DNA of 64,000 nucleotides from NCBI GenBank assembly GCA_963767925.1, contig CAVYGB010000002.1, forward strand, positions 96,001-160,000, in the 5' to 3' direction. This stretch comes from an uncultured delta proteobacterium (GTDB taxonomy: Bacteria; Myxococcota_A; Polyangia; Fen-1088). The position numbers and the translations under genes are program-made. The notes under the pieces are model-generated. The model was given only the letters and a program-made list of their open reading frames with translations, was not told the origin of the DNA and did not search any database. Every line of letters begins with the position of its first letter. Within the stretch, counting starts at the first letter, position 1. Shown piece by piece: positions 53,497-62,675 of the stretch.

Positions 53497-54606
53497 GTGA
53501 AGCTGCTGGTGGCGGGAGGGGGGACCGGGGGGCACCTGTTCACCGGGATGGCGGTGGCCGAGGAGGTGCTGGCCCGGCCGGACGGGGAGGTGCTCTTCGT
53601 CGGGACCGACCGGGGGCTCGAGGCGCGGCTGGTTCCGGCGGCCGGCTACCGGCTCGAGCTGGTGTCGGTCAGCGGCCTCAAGCGGGTCGGCCTCGCCGCG
53701 CAGGTCCGCGGGCTGGCCCGGCTGCCGCTGGCGCTGGCGCGCTCGCTGGCGATCGTCCGGCGCTTCCAGCCGGACGTGGTGCTGGGCGTGGGCGGCTACG
53801 CCTCGGGCCCGGTGGTGATGGCCGCGGCCCTCGCCCGCTACCCCACCGCCATCCTGGAGCAGAACACCGTCCCGGGCTTCACCAACCGCATCCTCGGCAA
53901 GGTCGTGCGCGCCGTGTTCACCGCCTTCGAGGGCGCTCAGGCCGCCTTCCCGCGCGCCAAGATCATCGCCACCGGGAACCCTCTGCGCCGCGTGTTCCTG
54001 CGGGCCGCCGCTCGCGCCAGCGAGCAGCGCCGCGCCGGCGCGGCGGCCCGATCGGGGCGAGGGCGGCTGCTCGTGGTGGGCGGCAGCCAGGGGTCGCGGG
54101 CGGTCAACGACGCCGTGGTGGCCGCCGCCGCGCGCTGGGCCCGGGCCGGCAGCGCCCCCCGGATCGTGCATCAGACCGGCACGGCCGACGCCGACCGGGT
54201 CGCCGCCGCCTACGCCGCCCTCGGCTTGCCGGAGGGAACGGTGACGGTGTCGGCCTTCATCGACGACATGGCCACCGCCTGCACCGAGGCCGACCTGGTC
54301 GTCGCGCGGGCCGGCGCCCTGACCCTGGCCGAGCTGGCCATCCTGGGCGTCCCCGCCGTCCTGATCCCGCTGCCGACCGCCGCCGACGATCACCAGACGA
54401 AAAACGCCGCCGCCTTCGCCGACAGCGGCGCCGCTCTGCTCATCCCGCAGGCCGACGCCAGCGGCGAACGCCTGGCCCAGGAGATCGACCGCCTCCTCGC
54501 CGACCCCGCGCGCCGCCAAGCCATGACCGCGGCGATGACCGCCCTCGCTCGCCCCCAGGCCGCCGCCGCCATCACCGACGCCCTCGCCCGGCTTCAGAAG
54601 AAATAG
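53497..54606 (+). CDS. murG: lipid II GlcNAc transferase
   Basis: GGGTGGH, GGYASGP, EQN, TGNP, GGSQGS, RAGA, DDHQTKNA. Confidence 0.97.
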   Translation: MKLLVAGGGTGGHLFTGMAVAEEVLARPDGEVLFVGTDRGLEARLVPAAGYRLELVSVSGLKRVGLAAQVRGLARLPLALARSLAIVRRFQPDVVLGVGGYASGPVVMAAALARYPTAILEQNTVPGFTNRILGKVVRAVFTAFEGAQAAFPRAKIIATGNPLRRVFLRAAARASEQRRAGAAARSGRGRLLVVGGSQGSRAVNDAVVAAAARWARAGSAPRIVHQTGTADADRVAAAYAALGLPEGTVTVSAFIDDMATACTEADLVVARAGALTLAELAILGVPAVLIPLPTAADDHQTKNAAAFADSGAALLIPQADASGERLAQEIDRLLADPARRQAMTAAMTALARPQAAAAITDALARLQKK

Positions 54607-54706
54607 GCGCGCGCCCGGCCACCGGCAGGAGAAAGGTCCCCCGTGACCGAGCGACCATCGCTCCATCACGGATTGTTCGGGGTGCGCGGCCGCGGGCGGG
54701 GTCAGG

Positions 54707-56932
54707 TCAGACGCCGGCTTCGCTGGAGAAGGAGAGGTGGCCGTGCTGGGTGACGTCGGCCGCGAGGAAGTCGTCGAGGATGGCGATGTACTCCTTGCGG
54801 CGGGCGGGGTGGGCCTGGGCGGTGACGAGGTCCCAGGTGGGGCGACGGGACTCGGTGAGGAGGTATTCGGCGCGGGCGCCGAGGGTCTGGTCGATGCTGC
54901 CGGCGTCGCCGAGGGCGATGCGGCGCAGGGCGGGCACGTCGCGCAGGACGATCAGCCAGGGGTTGCGGTCTTCCCAGAAGCGGTGGGCCCGGGCGATGTA
55001 GGCGCTCCAGCGATCGAGGCGGTCGCGAAAGGCCGGGCGGGGGACAGCAGCGGCGAGATCGTCGACGACGTCCTGGAACTGGCGGGTGCGGTTGCCGTCC
55101 TTGGTGAGCTGGCCGCCGACGCGCAGGCGGGCGGCGTGGGCTTTCACGGTTGTGGCGACCACCGGGTCGAGGGGGTCGGCCAGGAGGTGGATGCGGGTCG
55201 CGGTGGCGACGAGGGCCTCCCAGGAGGCGCTGGCCCGGGCCTCCTCGTCCTTGCGGAGGGCGGCGCCGGGGAAGGCGTCGATCATGCGCAGCAGGTGGAG
55301 CTGGCGGATGACAACGCCGAAGTCGATGCGCTCGGTGCCGGGCTTGAAGCGGCGGGCGATGGTTTCGGGGTCGATGAAGGCGATCTCCTCGCCGAAGCCG
55401 ATGGTGCGCCGGCGGCTCTCGATGGCGGCGGCCCAGAGCAGGGCCCGGGCGCAGCGGTGGAGCAGGCGCTTCTCCAGGCGCTCGTTGCCACACTCGAGGT
55501 ATTCGCCGACCAGCTCCCGGATGTCGTAGTGCCAGAGGGCCAGGCGCAGGCGGTCGCGCAGCAGGCGAAAGAAGCGGGAGCCGATGTCGTGGCTGCGGGC
55601 CAGCACGATCGAGGCGGTGGGCTCGGGGAAGAGCGCCACCCGGCAGCCGCCCTCGCAGGCGACAACGTCGAAGGGGAACGACCCGCACTGCCCGGAGGCG
55701 TCGGGCGTCTCGAGGTCGCCCAGCACCTCGCCCGCCCGGAAGGTCATCAGCTCCTGCGACCCGTCCATCATCCGGGCAGCGCCCTCCAGCACGGCGTACA
55801 GCTCCCCGCCCATGTTGTGCACGCGGATCACGAACGACCCCGCTGAAAAATCGAACACCCGCGGCGGCCGGGGTGCGCCCCCCGCCACGCTGAGGGATCC
55901 GCCCGGGCCGCCGGCGGCCGTGCTGGCAGCGCCGGTTGCCGCGGCGGGAGCGGCGCCTCCGCTGACGGCGATGCTGGCGCGGAGGGCGGCGGCGTCGCTG
56001 TCTTCGGGCCAGGTGACCGGCTCGGCGGTGGGGACGACGCCGTGGCGGGCGGAGAGCAGCCAGGCCCAGAAGACGGGGCGGCGGGAGGCGTCGTCCTTCT
56101 GCTCGGGGGCCGCCTGGGTGTGCTCGCGGTGGAAGAAGAGCGGCTCGCAGCGGCGCACGAACAGGCCGGCATCGCGAAACAAGCGCTCGCAGGTGCGGCG
56201 CGAGCGCTGCCAGACGGTCACCTCGCGCTGGCACGACTCGATGAGCGCGCGCTGCTGGAAGGTGTGCTCCCCGGAGCGGGCCACCTCCCCCTCGACCGGC
56301 TGGAAGCGCTCGGGGGCGAGGGAGATGAAGAGCAGCGGCACCTCCCCGGGCAGGCCGCGGGCAAAGGCGGCGAGCCCGCTCAGGAACCCGGTCAGCTCGA
56401 CCAGGTGATCGAGCAGCACCACCCCCACCACCAGATCGGGGACCCCCGCCGCCGCCAGCGCCCGGGCGCAGTCCTGCTCCAGCTCCGCCCGCAGAAACCG
56501 CGCCCGCCCCACCCCATCGCCCGGCGGGGCGCCGTCGTCCGCGCCCGCGCCGCCGTTACCCGCGCGGTCGGGGCTGTCGCTGTCGCTGTGCTGGGCGCGC
56601 TGGCTGGCGATGGCGAGCAGGGGGTCGGAGCTGTCGAGGCCGACGTAGGAGGCGCCGCGGGCGCACAGCTCGCGGCCCAGACAGCCCTCGCCGCAGCCGA
56701 GGTCCAGGACGGTCACGCCGTCGAGGCGCGCTGGCTCCGCCGCGCCGGCAGCCAGGCTGCGGCGCAGCGCCTCGAACACCGACGGCTCGAAGGGGTCTTT
56801 GCCGGCGGCGACCCGCTCGGCCAGGGCCAGCACCAGCGGGTGGATCAGCGATTGGCGCCAGTAGTCGCCCCGCGCGCCCATGGCCCGGACCCAGGGCTCG
56901 ACGAGCTGGGGCTCCTCCCATTCGGCGCGCAT
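54707..56932 (-). CDS. class I SAM methyltransferase fused to a cNMP-binding/Crp-like region
   Basis: VLDLGCGEG, GLDSS; then GELYAVLEG...FRAGEVLGDLE. Confidence 0.7.
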   Translation of the reverse strand: MRAEWEEPQLVEPWVRAMGARGDYWRQSLIHPLVLALAERVAAGKDPFEPSVFEALRRSLAAGAAEPARLDGVTVLDLGCGEGCLGRELCARGASYVGLDSSDPLLAIASQRAQHSDSDSPDRAGNGGAGADDGAPPGDGVGRARFLRAELEQDCARALAAAGVPDLVVGVVLLDHLVELTGFLSGLAAFARGLPGEVPLLFISLAPERFQPVEGEVARSGEHTFQQRALIESCQREVTVWQRSRRTCERLFRDAGLFVRRCEPLFFHREHTQAAPEQKDDASRRPVFWAWLLSARHGVVPTAEPVTWPEDSDAAALRASIAVSGGAAPAAATGAASTAAGGPGGSLSVAGGAPRPPRVFDFSAGSFVIRVHNMGGELYAVLEGAARMMDGSQELMTFRAGEVLGDLETPDASGQCGSFPFDVVACEGGCRVALFPEPTASIVLARSHDIGSRFFRLLRDRLRLALWHYDIRELVGEYLECGNERLEKRLLHRCARALLWAAAIESRRRTIGFGEEIAFIDPETIARRFKPGTERIDFGVVIRQLHLLRMIDAFPGAALRKDEEARASASWEALVATATRIHLLADPLDPVVATTVKAHAARLRVGGQLTKDGNRTRQFQDVVDDLAAAVPRPAFRDRLDRWSAYIARAHRFWEDRNPWLIVLRDVPALRRIALGDAGSIDQTLGARAEYLLTESRRPTWDLVTAQAHPARRKEYIAILDDFLAADVTQHGHLSFSSEAGV

Positions 56933-56995
56933 CCCCCGAGTTTATGCCACCCCGACCGCCGGGCATGTGTCGGGCGCCACCGCGTGGCGGCGCGG

Positions 56996-57577
56996 TCAGC
57001 TCGGGCCGACGGTCTCTTCGGTCCAGGAGGCGACGGCGCGGGGGGCGAGGAGGGCGCGGCCGACCACCACGCGGGTGTCGTCCGCCCAGAAGAGCCAATC
57101 CTTCCGGTCCAGCGCCGGGAGCTGCCAGGGGAGGATGGAGGCGGGGCCCTCGTCGAGAGCGCGCAGGACGATCAAGCGGGCCGCCCGCTCGGGGCCGGCG
57201 CGTTCCACCCAGGCAACCGCACACCGGTCGCGCCGCCAGGTCGGGTGGACCACGATGTCGACCTTGCCCGCGCCCGGATGAACCCGCTGGCCATCCAGGA
57301 ACACCGCCCCCCGCGCCACCCGCAGCGAGGGCCTGCGGCAGGAGGTCCCGGCCACGGGCAACCCGCGCGCCACCGACCCGGTCCGCCCGCGCACCTGCGA
57401 GACGCCCGCCCCACGCGCCGCCGGCCTCGACAGTGACGCCGTCAACCCCTCGGCCTGCCCCGCGCGGGGCACCCCGCCGGCGATCAGGCCGGCGATGGCG
57501 GCGACCAGCAGCCCGGTCCCACCACCCGCGCGCTTCCCCGCTCCCACCCGCACCGGCCTGTTGACGGCTGTTGTCAC
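56996..57577 (-). CDS. hypothetical exported protein
   Basis: Hydrophobic N-terminal segment; plausible globular C-terminal part. Confidence 0.5.
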   Translation of the reverse strand: MTTAVNRPVRVGAGKRAGGGTGLLVAAIAGLIAGGVPRAGQAEGLTASLSRPAARGAGVSQVRGRTGSVARGLPVAGTSCRRPSLRVARGAVFLDGQRVHPGAGKVDIVVHPTWRRDRCAVAWVERAGPERAARLIVLRALDEGPASILPWQLPALDRKDWLFWADDTRVVVGRALLAPRAVASWTEETVGPS

Positions 57578-57823
57578 GTGTTCGCCCTCCGGAGGAGGAA
57601 TTTTTCACGGGACGTGCCAGCTCCAGGACCGCCCGGACGGCCGAAAAGCCCAGTGGTCTTGAGCCCGGGCCGCTCCGCACCCGTTACGAAGACGTGACGC
57701 CCCCCTGCCCCCCCGGGCATCTCTTCGGACGCCCGGCCCCGCCCGTGACAGCCCACCCGCCCGCCCCTGGCCCCGCCCGGCGAGCGACACCCACGTGCCA
57801 TTCCGTCATTCCCCCCCGCGCGT

Positions 57824-57953
57824 TTGCCCTCTCCCCGAGGCCGTCTGCGGCCACGGGGAGAGGGTTAGGGTGAGGGGCGGTTGCCACGCCGGAGGCCCCT
57901 CACCCGTCGCGCAGACGCGCCGACCTCTCCCCACGGCAGACCGCGGGGAGAGG
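57824..57953. repeat. pair of CCCTCACCC/CCTCTCCC...GGGAGAGG REP-like palindromes in opposite orientation
   Basis: Reverse complement cccctcaccctaaccctctccccgtggccgcagacggcctcggggagagggcaaa matches the 37478 unit. Confidence 0.8.
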
Positions 57954-58216
57954 TGATGAAGAGGCACCCAGCGGGCGCCGGTGAGGAACAGGCACCCAGC
58001 GGGCGCCGGTGAGGAACAGGTGCCCAGCGGGCGCCGGTGAGGAACAGGTGCCCAGCGGGCGCCGGTGAGGAACAGGTGCCCAGCGGGCGCCGGTGAGGAA
58101 CAGGTGCCCAGCGGGCGCCGGTGAGGAACAGGTGCCCAGCGGGCGCCGGTGAGGAACAGGTGCCCAGCGGGCGCCGGTGAGGAACGGGTGCCCAGCGGGC
58201 GCCGGTGAGGAAGAGG
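57952..58216. repeat. 28-bp tandem repeat, about 9.5 copies
   Basis: gtgaggaacaggtgcccagcgggcgccg at 28-nt period; no spacers. Confidence 0.95.
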
Positions 58217-58246
58217 CGGCACCCGCGGGGGGGCGGGCGGGTGGGG

Positions 58247-59392
58247 TCAGTTGCCGCCGCCGCGCCAGCTGCTCTTTTCGCTGCCGCCGCCGCTCCCGCT
58301 GCTGCTCCCACCGCTGTCGCTGCTGCTGCCGCTGGGGTCGCTGGGGGGGCTGCTGCGGGTGGAGCCGCTGGTGCCTGGGCTCCAGCGGCTGGAGCTGCCC
58401 TGGCTGCTGCTGGAACCGGAGGTGAGGGACTCGGTGGTTCGATCGTAGAGGGTGCCACGCCAGCTGCTCTTGCCGGACTGGTCGCCGCCGGAGGCGGCGG
58501 CTTCGGAGCCGCGCCAGCTGCTCCCGCGGGAGGGGCGGGGATTGGCGGTCGACGGGCTGGGGCCGCCGCCGCTACCGGGCTGGTAGCCGTCGGAGACGTA
58601 GCGCCGGCCGCCGTAGGAGGGGTAGTGGGCGTGGATGTACGATCGGGGGCAGGGCCACCAGAGGCCGCTCCGGTTCCAGAAGTAGTAGTCGTCCCACCAC
58701 CAGGTATCGAGGCCCAGGCCGGAGTAGACGTGGTAGCCGCGGCCTGGCTGGTAATAGACGTAGGCGCTGTCGGGGGCGGCGCTGCGGGTGAACTCCGTCG
58801 TCTTGGCGGCCGTGCGCTCGCCCCGGCGCAGGCGCCAGGCCAGCTTCACCGCGGCGCCCTTGTCGGCGGGGGGCAGGGGGAAATAGATGTCGAGGTAGCC
58901 GCGCTTGCCGCGCGGGAGCTCGAGCACGGGGGCGCCCTCCGAGGTTTCGGAGAAGGTCGGACGCACGGCTCTCGCGCCGTAGATCAGGAGCTGCTCGTTG
59001 GGGTCGAGCTTCCAGACGGTGTCGTCGGCGACGTTGTCGGCGGCGAGGCGCAGGTGGACGTAGGTGTCGGGCTGCCCGGCCGGAACGGGGAGTCGCTCGC
59101 TGCCCAGGGAGATGACGTGCACGGCGCCCTGCCCGGACGCTTCCTGGTTGCCTTCGCTCCCTTCGGCGGTGATGGAATACGACGACACGGGCGGGCCCTC
59201 GGCGGCGGAGGGGGGCATGTCCTCCCGCTGGTACGCGGCCGGGACACAACCGGCGAGCCCCGCCAGCCCGATCGCCAGCGCCATCGCCGCGCCGGATGCA
59301 CCACCACCGGTGCTGTTGCCGTGTACCCGCCGCCCGACCGCTACCGCCACCGCTGCTCGCTTCGAGGTGCGCTTCTGGTTGGTCATGGTCAT
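58247..59392 (-). CDS. lipoprotein with Trp/Tyr-rich segment and Ser/Gly-rich tail
   Basis: LAGC lipobox; GGAGGA RBS; SSWRG repeated three times. Confidence 0.75.
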   Translation of the reverse strand: MTMTNQKRTSKRAAVAVAVGRRVHGNSTGGGASGAAMALAIGLAGLAGCVPAAYQREDMPPSAAEGPPVSSYSITAEGSEGNQEASGQGAVHVISLGSERLPVPAGQPDTYVHLRLAADNVADDTVWKLDPNEQLLIYGARAVRPTFSETSEGAPVLELPRGKRGYLDIYFPLPPADKGAAVKLAWRLRRGERTAAKTTEFTRSAAPDSAYVYYQPGRGYHVYSGLGLDTWWWDDYYFWNRSGLWWPCPRSYIHAHYPSYGGRRYVSDGYQPGSGGGPSPSTANPRPSRGSSWRGSEAAASGGDQSGKSSWRGTLYDRTTESLTSGSSSSQGSSSRWSPGTSGSTRSSPPSDPSGSSSDSGGSSSGSGGGSEKSSWRGGGN

Positions 59393-59397
59393 TCCTC

Positions 59398-60204
59398 CTA
59401 GAACACGGAGACGGTCAGGTGCAGGCCGAAGGTCTTCCAGGATTCTTTCGGGTAGTGGGTGAGGCTGGCGTGCAGGTCGAGGCCCAGGGACCAGTGCTTG
59501 CGCTGCATCAGCTCGTAGCCGAAGGCGGCGAGCGCGGCGATGCCCTTGCCGCCGCTGAAGGACGTCGTGTCGGTCTTCTCCGAGACGAAGCCGACGCCGA
59601 GGGCGCCCCGCAGGTAGATGCGCGGGCCGATGAAGTGCTGCAGGCCCGCCGCGAGGAGGTCCTGCTTGAGCCAGGAGGTCTCGTCGGTCATCGGGTTGAT
59701 GCTGGTGGTGCCGCTCCCCTCGTAGCTGAGCTGCAAGATGATGTCCGGGTCGAGGCCCAGGCCGACGCGCGCGACCTGGTAGGAGAGGGCCAGGGCCCGC
59801 TCGCCCGGGCCGATCAGGGCGCCCGGGCCGATGGCGGCGGTGAAGCTGAACCGCCGCGAGACGCCGTCGGGCGCCGGCTGTGGAGGCGGGCCGTACGGGA
59901 AGGCGGGGGCTTGCTCCGCGGCCTGGGCGAGGGGCTGGGGGAAGGGATAGTCGATCGGCGGCTGCTCCGCCCAGCGCGGCGGCGGCGGCGGATAGGACCG
60001 CGGCGGGTCGGCCGCCGGAGGGGCCGTGGCTGCCGGCGCGGGCGCGGGGACCGCCGCACCGGACGCGGGGGCCGTGCCGGCAGGCGGCGCCGGCGCCTTC
60101 GCCCCGGCGGGGGCAGGGGCAGGGGCTGTTTGCGCTGCGGCGGGGAAGGCGAATGCGCAGGGCGCCAGGAGCGTGAGGAACGCGATGCGGGCGATCTGTC
60201 TCAT
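59398..60204 (-). CDS. outer-membrane beta-barrel-like protein
   Basis: Signal peptide AAA|Q, Pro-rich linker, alternating strands, C-terminal Phe. Confidence 0.75.
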   Translation of the reverse strand: MRQIARIAFLTLLAPCAFAFPAAAQTAPAPAPAGAKAPAPPAGTAPASGAAVPAPAPAATAPPAADPPRSYPPPPPRWAEQPPIDYPFPQPLAQAAEQAPAFPYGPPPQPAPDGVSRRFSFTAAIGPGALIGPGERALALSYQVARVGLGLDPDIILQLSYEGSGTTSINPMTDETSWLKQDLLAAGLQHFIGPRIYLRGALGVGFVSEKTDTTSFSGGKGIAALAAFGYELMQRKHWSLGLDLHASLTHYPKESWKTFGLHLTVSVF

Positions 60205-60492
60205 CGAAAACCTCCCGGGTGAAATCGATTTCACTCTATACGGGGCGTCAGCGCACGAGCCCGACGAATTCTATGCTCGGCCGAAAACCCGCCCGCATTC
60301 CCGTCGCTGTTGCCACCCACGCGGACTTGCTCACAGCGGCCCCCACCTGCCCCCACCACGGGAACCGCCGCCGGCCCCACCGCTTGGAGACCCGCCAGGC
60401 GATGAACTCCCCTCGCGGATTCTCGACCACCCTTGGCGGCCCCACCCATCTTCGTCCGGGCCTGAACGTCCGGAAACGTCATTGATGATAAG

Positions 60493-61539
60493 ATGAGCGG
60501 GACCATGTCCTCTGCGCGCCGCCGGCTCGCTCATCTGCTCGATGGGCTGGGTCTGCCCCGGGCCATCCTTGCCGCACGCGCGCGCGAGCTCTTCCCCTGG
60601 CGCTGGCTTACCGTCCTCACTTACCACCGCATCTCCGACACGCTCGCCCCGGGCTGGGATCCCGAGGTGGTCGACGCACCGGCCGCCGCCTTCGAGGCGC
60701 AGGTCAAGCTGCTGCAGCGATATTTCTCGCTGATCGACACGCGCGACCTGGATGCCTGGCGGGCGGGTGGGCGGCTGCCGCCCAACCCGGCGATCATCAC
60801 CTTCGACGACGGTTACCGGGACAACCACGACGTGGTCCTCCCCATCTTGCGGCGCCTGCAGGCCAAGGCGGTGTTCTTCGTCGCGACGATGTACATCGCC
60901 GACCGCCGCGTCTTCTGGTGGGAGCTGGTCAACCACGCCTTGACCCTGTCCGGGCGGCAGCGCTTGACGTTGCGCTATCCCGAGCCGCTCGAGCTCGCGC
61001 TGGCCACTCAAGCTGACCGTCGATCCTCGGTGCGAACGCTGCTGGTGATGCTCAAACGTGAAGTGGGGGTAGATATGGAACGGTTTCTGGCCGAGCTGTA
61101 CGGCGCCGCCGATATGCGCATGGACCGCGAGGAGGAACGCCGCCTGGCCGACACCCTGCTGATGTCCTGGGATCACGTGCGGGCGCTGACCGACGCGGGC
61201 TTCGACGTGCAATCGCACTCCCACGCCCACCGGGTCTTGCACACCCTGCCGCCCGACGCCGTCACCGCCGACCTGCGCCGCTCGCGCCAGGAGCTGGAGT
61301 CGGCGCTCGACCAGCCGGTGAGCGCCCTGGCTTACCCCACCGGTCGCCCCATCGGCGACGCCCCCGCCCTGCGCCAGGCGGTGATCGACGCCGGCTTCCG
61401 TTACGGGTTCACCGTGGAGAAGCTGGTCCCCCTGGCCCACATGCGCGACTGGCTCGGCATCCCCCGCATGATGATGGATCGGGCGATCGGGGCGGCCTCC
61501 TACCGCACCGGCCTGGCCATCCCCGCTCTGGCCGAGTGA
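60493..61539 (+). CDS. polysaccharide deacetylase (CE4)
   Basis: LTYHR, TFDDGY, QSHSHAH, AYPTG. Confidence 0.92.
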   Translation: MSGTMSSARRRLAHLLDGLGLPRAILAARARELFPWRWLTVLTYHRISDTLAPGWDPEVVDAPAAAFEAQVKLLQRYFSLIDTRDLDAWRAGGRLPPNPAIITFDDGYRDNHDVVLPILRRLQAKAVFFVATMYIADRRVFWWELVNHALTLSGRQRLTLRYPEPLELALATQADRRSSVRTLLVMLKREVGVDMERFLAELYGAADMRMDREEERRLADTLLMSWDHVRALTDAGFDVQSHSHAHRVLHTLPPDAVTADLRRSRQELESALDQPVSALAYPTGRPIGDAPALRQAVIDAGFRYGFTVEKLVPLAHMRDWLGIPRMMMDRAIGAASYRTGLAIPALAE

Positions 61540-61543
61540 TCCC

Positions 61544-62659
61544 ATGCTGACACTCGCCCTCATCAGCCTCGGGCTGCTGGCCTACACCTATTTCGGCTAT
61601 CCCCTCGTGCTGGCCCTGCTGGCCCGCTATTACCCCCGCCACAGCAACCACGCCGATCCCGGCTACCGCCCGCTGGTCAGCGTCTGCATGGCGGTGCACA
61701 ACGGGGGCGAATGGCTCGAGGCCAAGCTCGAGAGCCTGGCCGGCCAGGACTGGCCACCTCACAAGCTCGAGTTCCTGGTCTACTCCGACGGCTCGACCGA
61801 CAACACCGAAGCCATCGCCCGCCAGTGGGCTACCCGCGACCGGCGGGTGCGGCTGGTGCGGGGCGAGCAGCGCAGCGGCAAGCCGACCGGGCTCAACCGC
61901 CTGCGCGAGATCGCCACCGGCGAGGTCATCCTCATCACCGACGTCCGCCAGCCGCTCGACGCGGGCGCGGTGCGGGCCCTTGTCGAGCAGCTCGCCGATC
62001 CCCGGGTCGGCTGCGTCAGCGGCAACCTCGTGCTCCGGGGCGCCGCCGGCAGCGGGGTCTACTGGAAATACGAGAAGTTCATCCGCCGGAAAGAGAGCGA
62101 CTTTCGCAGCGTTGTCGGCATGACCGGCTCGATCGCCGTCATCCGCAAGGCCGACCTGCCCCGGCTGCCGCGCGACCTCATCCTCGACGACGTCTGGATC
62201 CCCATGCGCCTGCGGCTCGAGGGCCGGCTCATCCTGTTCGCCGAGGACGCCCTGGCCTTCGACGTCGCCTTCCAGGACGACCGCGAGTTCGGGCGCAAGG
62301 TGCGCACGCTGGCCGGCAACTACCAGCTCTTCGCCTGGATGCCGGCGCTGCTGTCGCCCTTCTCCAACCCCTCCTGGTTCGAGACGGTCTCGCACAAGCT
62401 GCTGCGCCTGGTGAGCCCCTGGGCGCTGGCCGTGCTGGTGCTGGCCTGCGCGGCGGCCGCGCTGCTCGAAGATCCCTCGGCCACCCGCACGCTGGCCACC
62501 ACCTTGCTGGCGGCGCAGGGGTTGTTTTACCTGATGGCCACCATCGGCCGGCGGGCCGGACGCGTCGGCGGGCTGGCCCGCACCTTCGTCGTCATGAACG
62601 CGGCGGCGGTGGTGGGGCTGTGGCGGTTCCTCACCGGAAAGCAGCAGGTCACCTGGTGA
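61544..62659 (+). CDS. GT2 glycosyltransferase
   Basis: SDGSTD, GKPTGLN, TDVRQ, LDD, RKVRTLAGNYQ. Confidence 0.92.
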   Translation: MLTLALISLGLLAYTYFGYPLVLALLARYYPRHSNHADPGYRPLVSVCMAVHNGGEWLEAKLESLAGQDWPPHKLEFLVYSDGSTDNTEAIARQWATRDRRVRLVRGEQRSGKPTGLNRLREIATGEVILITDVRQPLDAGAVRALVEQLADPRVGCVSGNLVLRGAAGSGVYWKYEKFIRRKESDFRSVVGMTGSIAVIRKADLPRLPRDLILDDVWIPMRLRLEGRLILFAEDALAFDVAFQDDREFGRKVRTLAGNYQLFAWMPALLSPFSNPSWFETVSHKLLRLVSPWALAVLVLACAAAALLEDPSATRTLATTLLAAQGLFYLMATIGRRAGRVGGLARTFVVMNAAAVVGLWRFLTGKQQVTW

Positions 62660-62675
62660 CAGGGAGGTCGGGCGC

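Noticed and set aside
57952..58216. CRISPR array (28-bp repeat)
   Set aside because: Head-to-tail tandem with no spacers.
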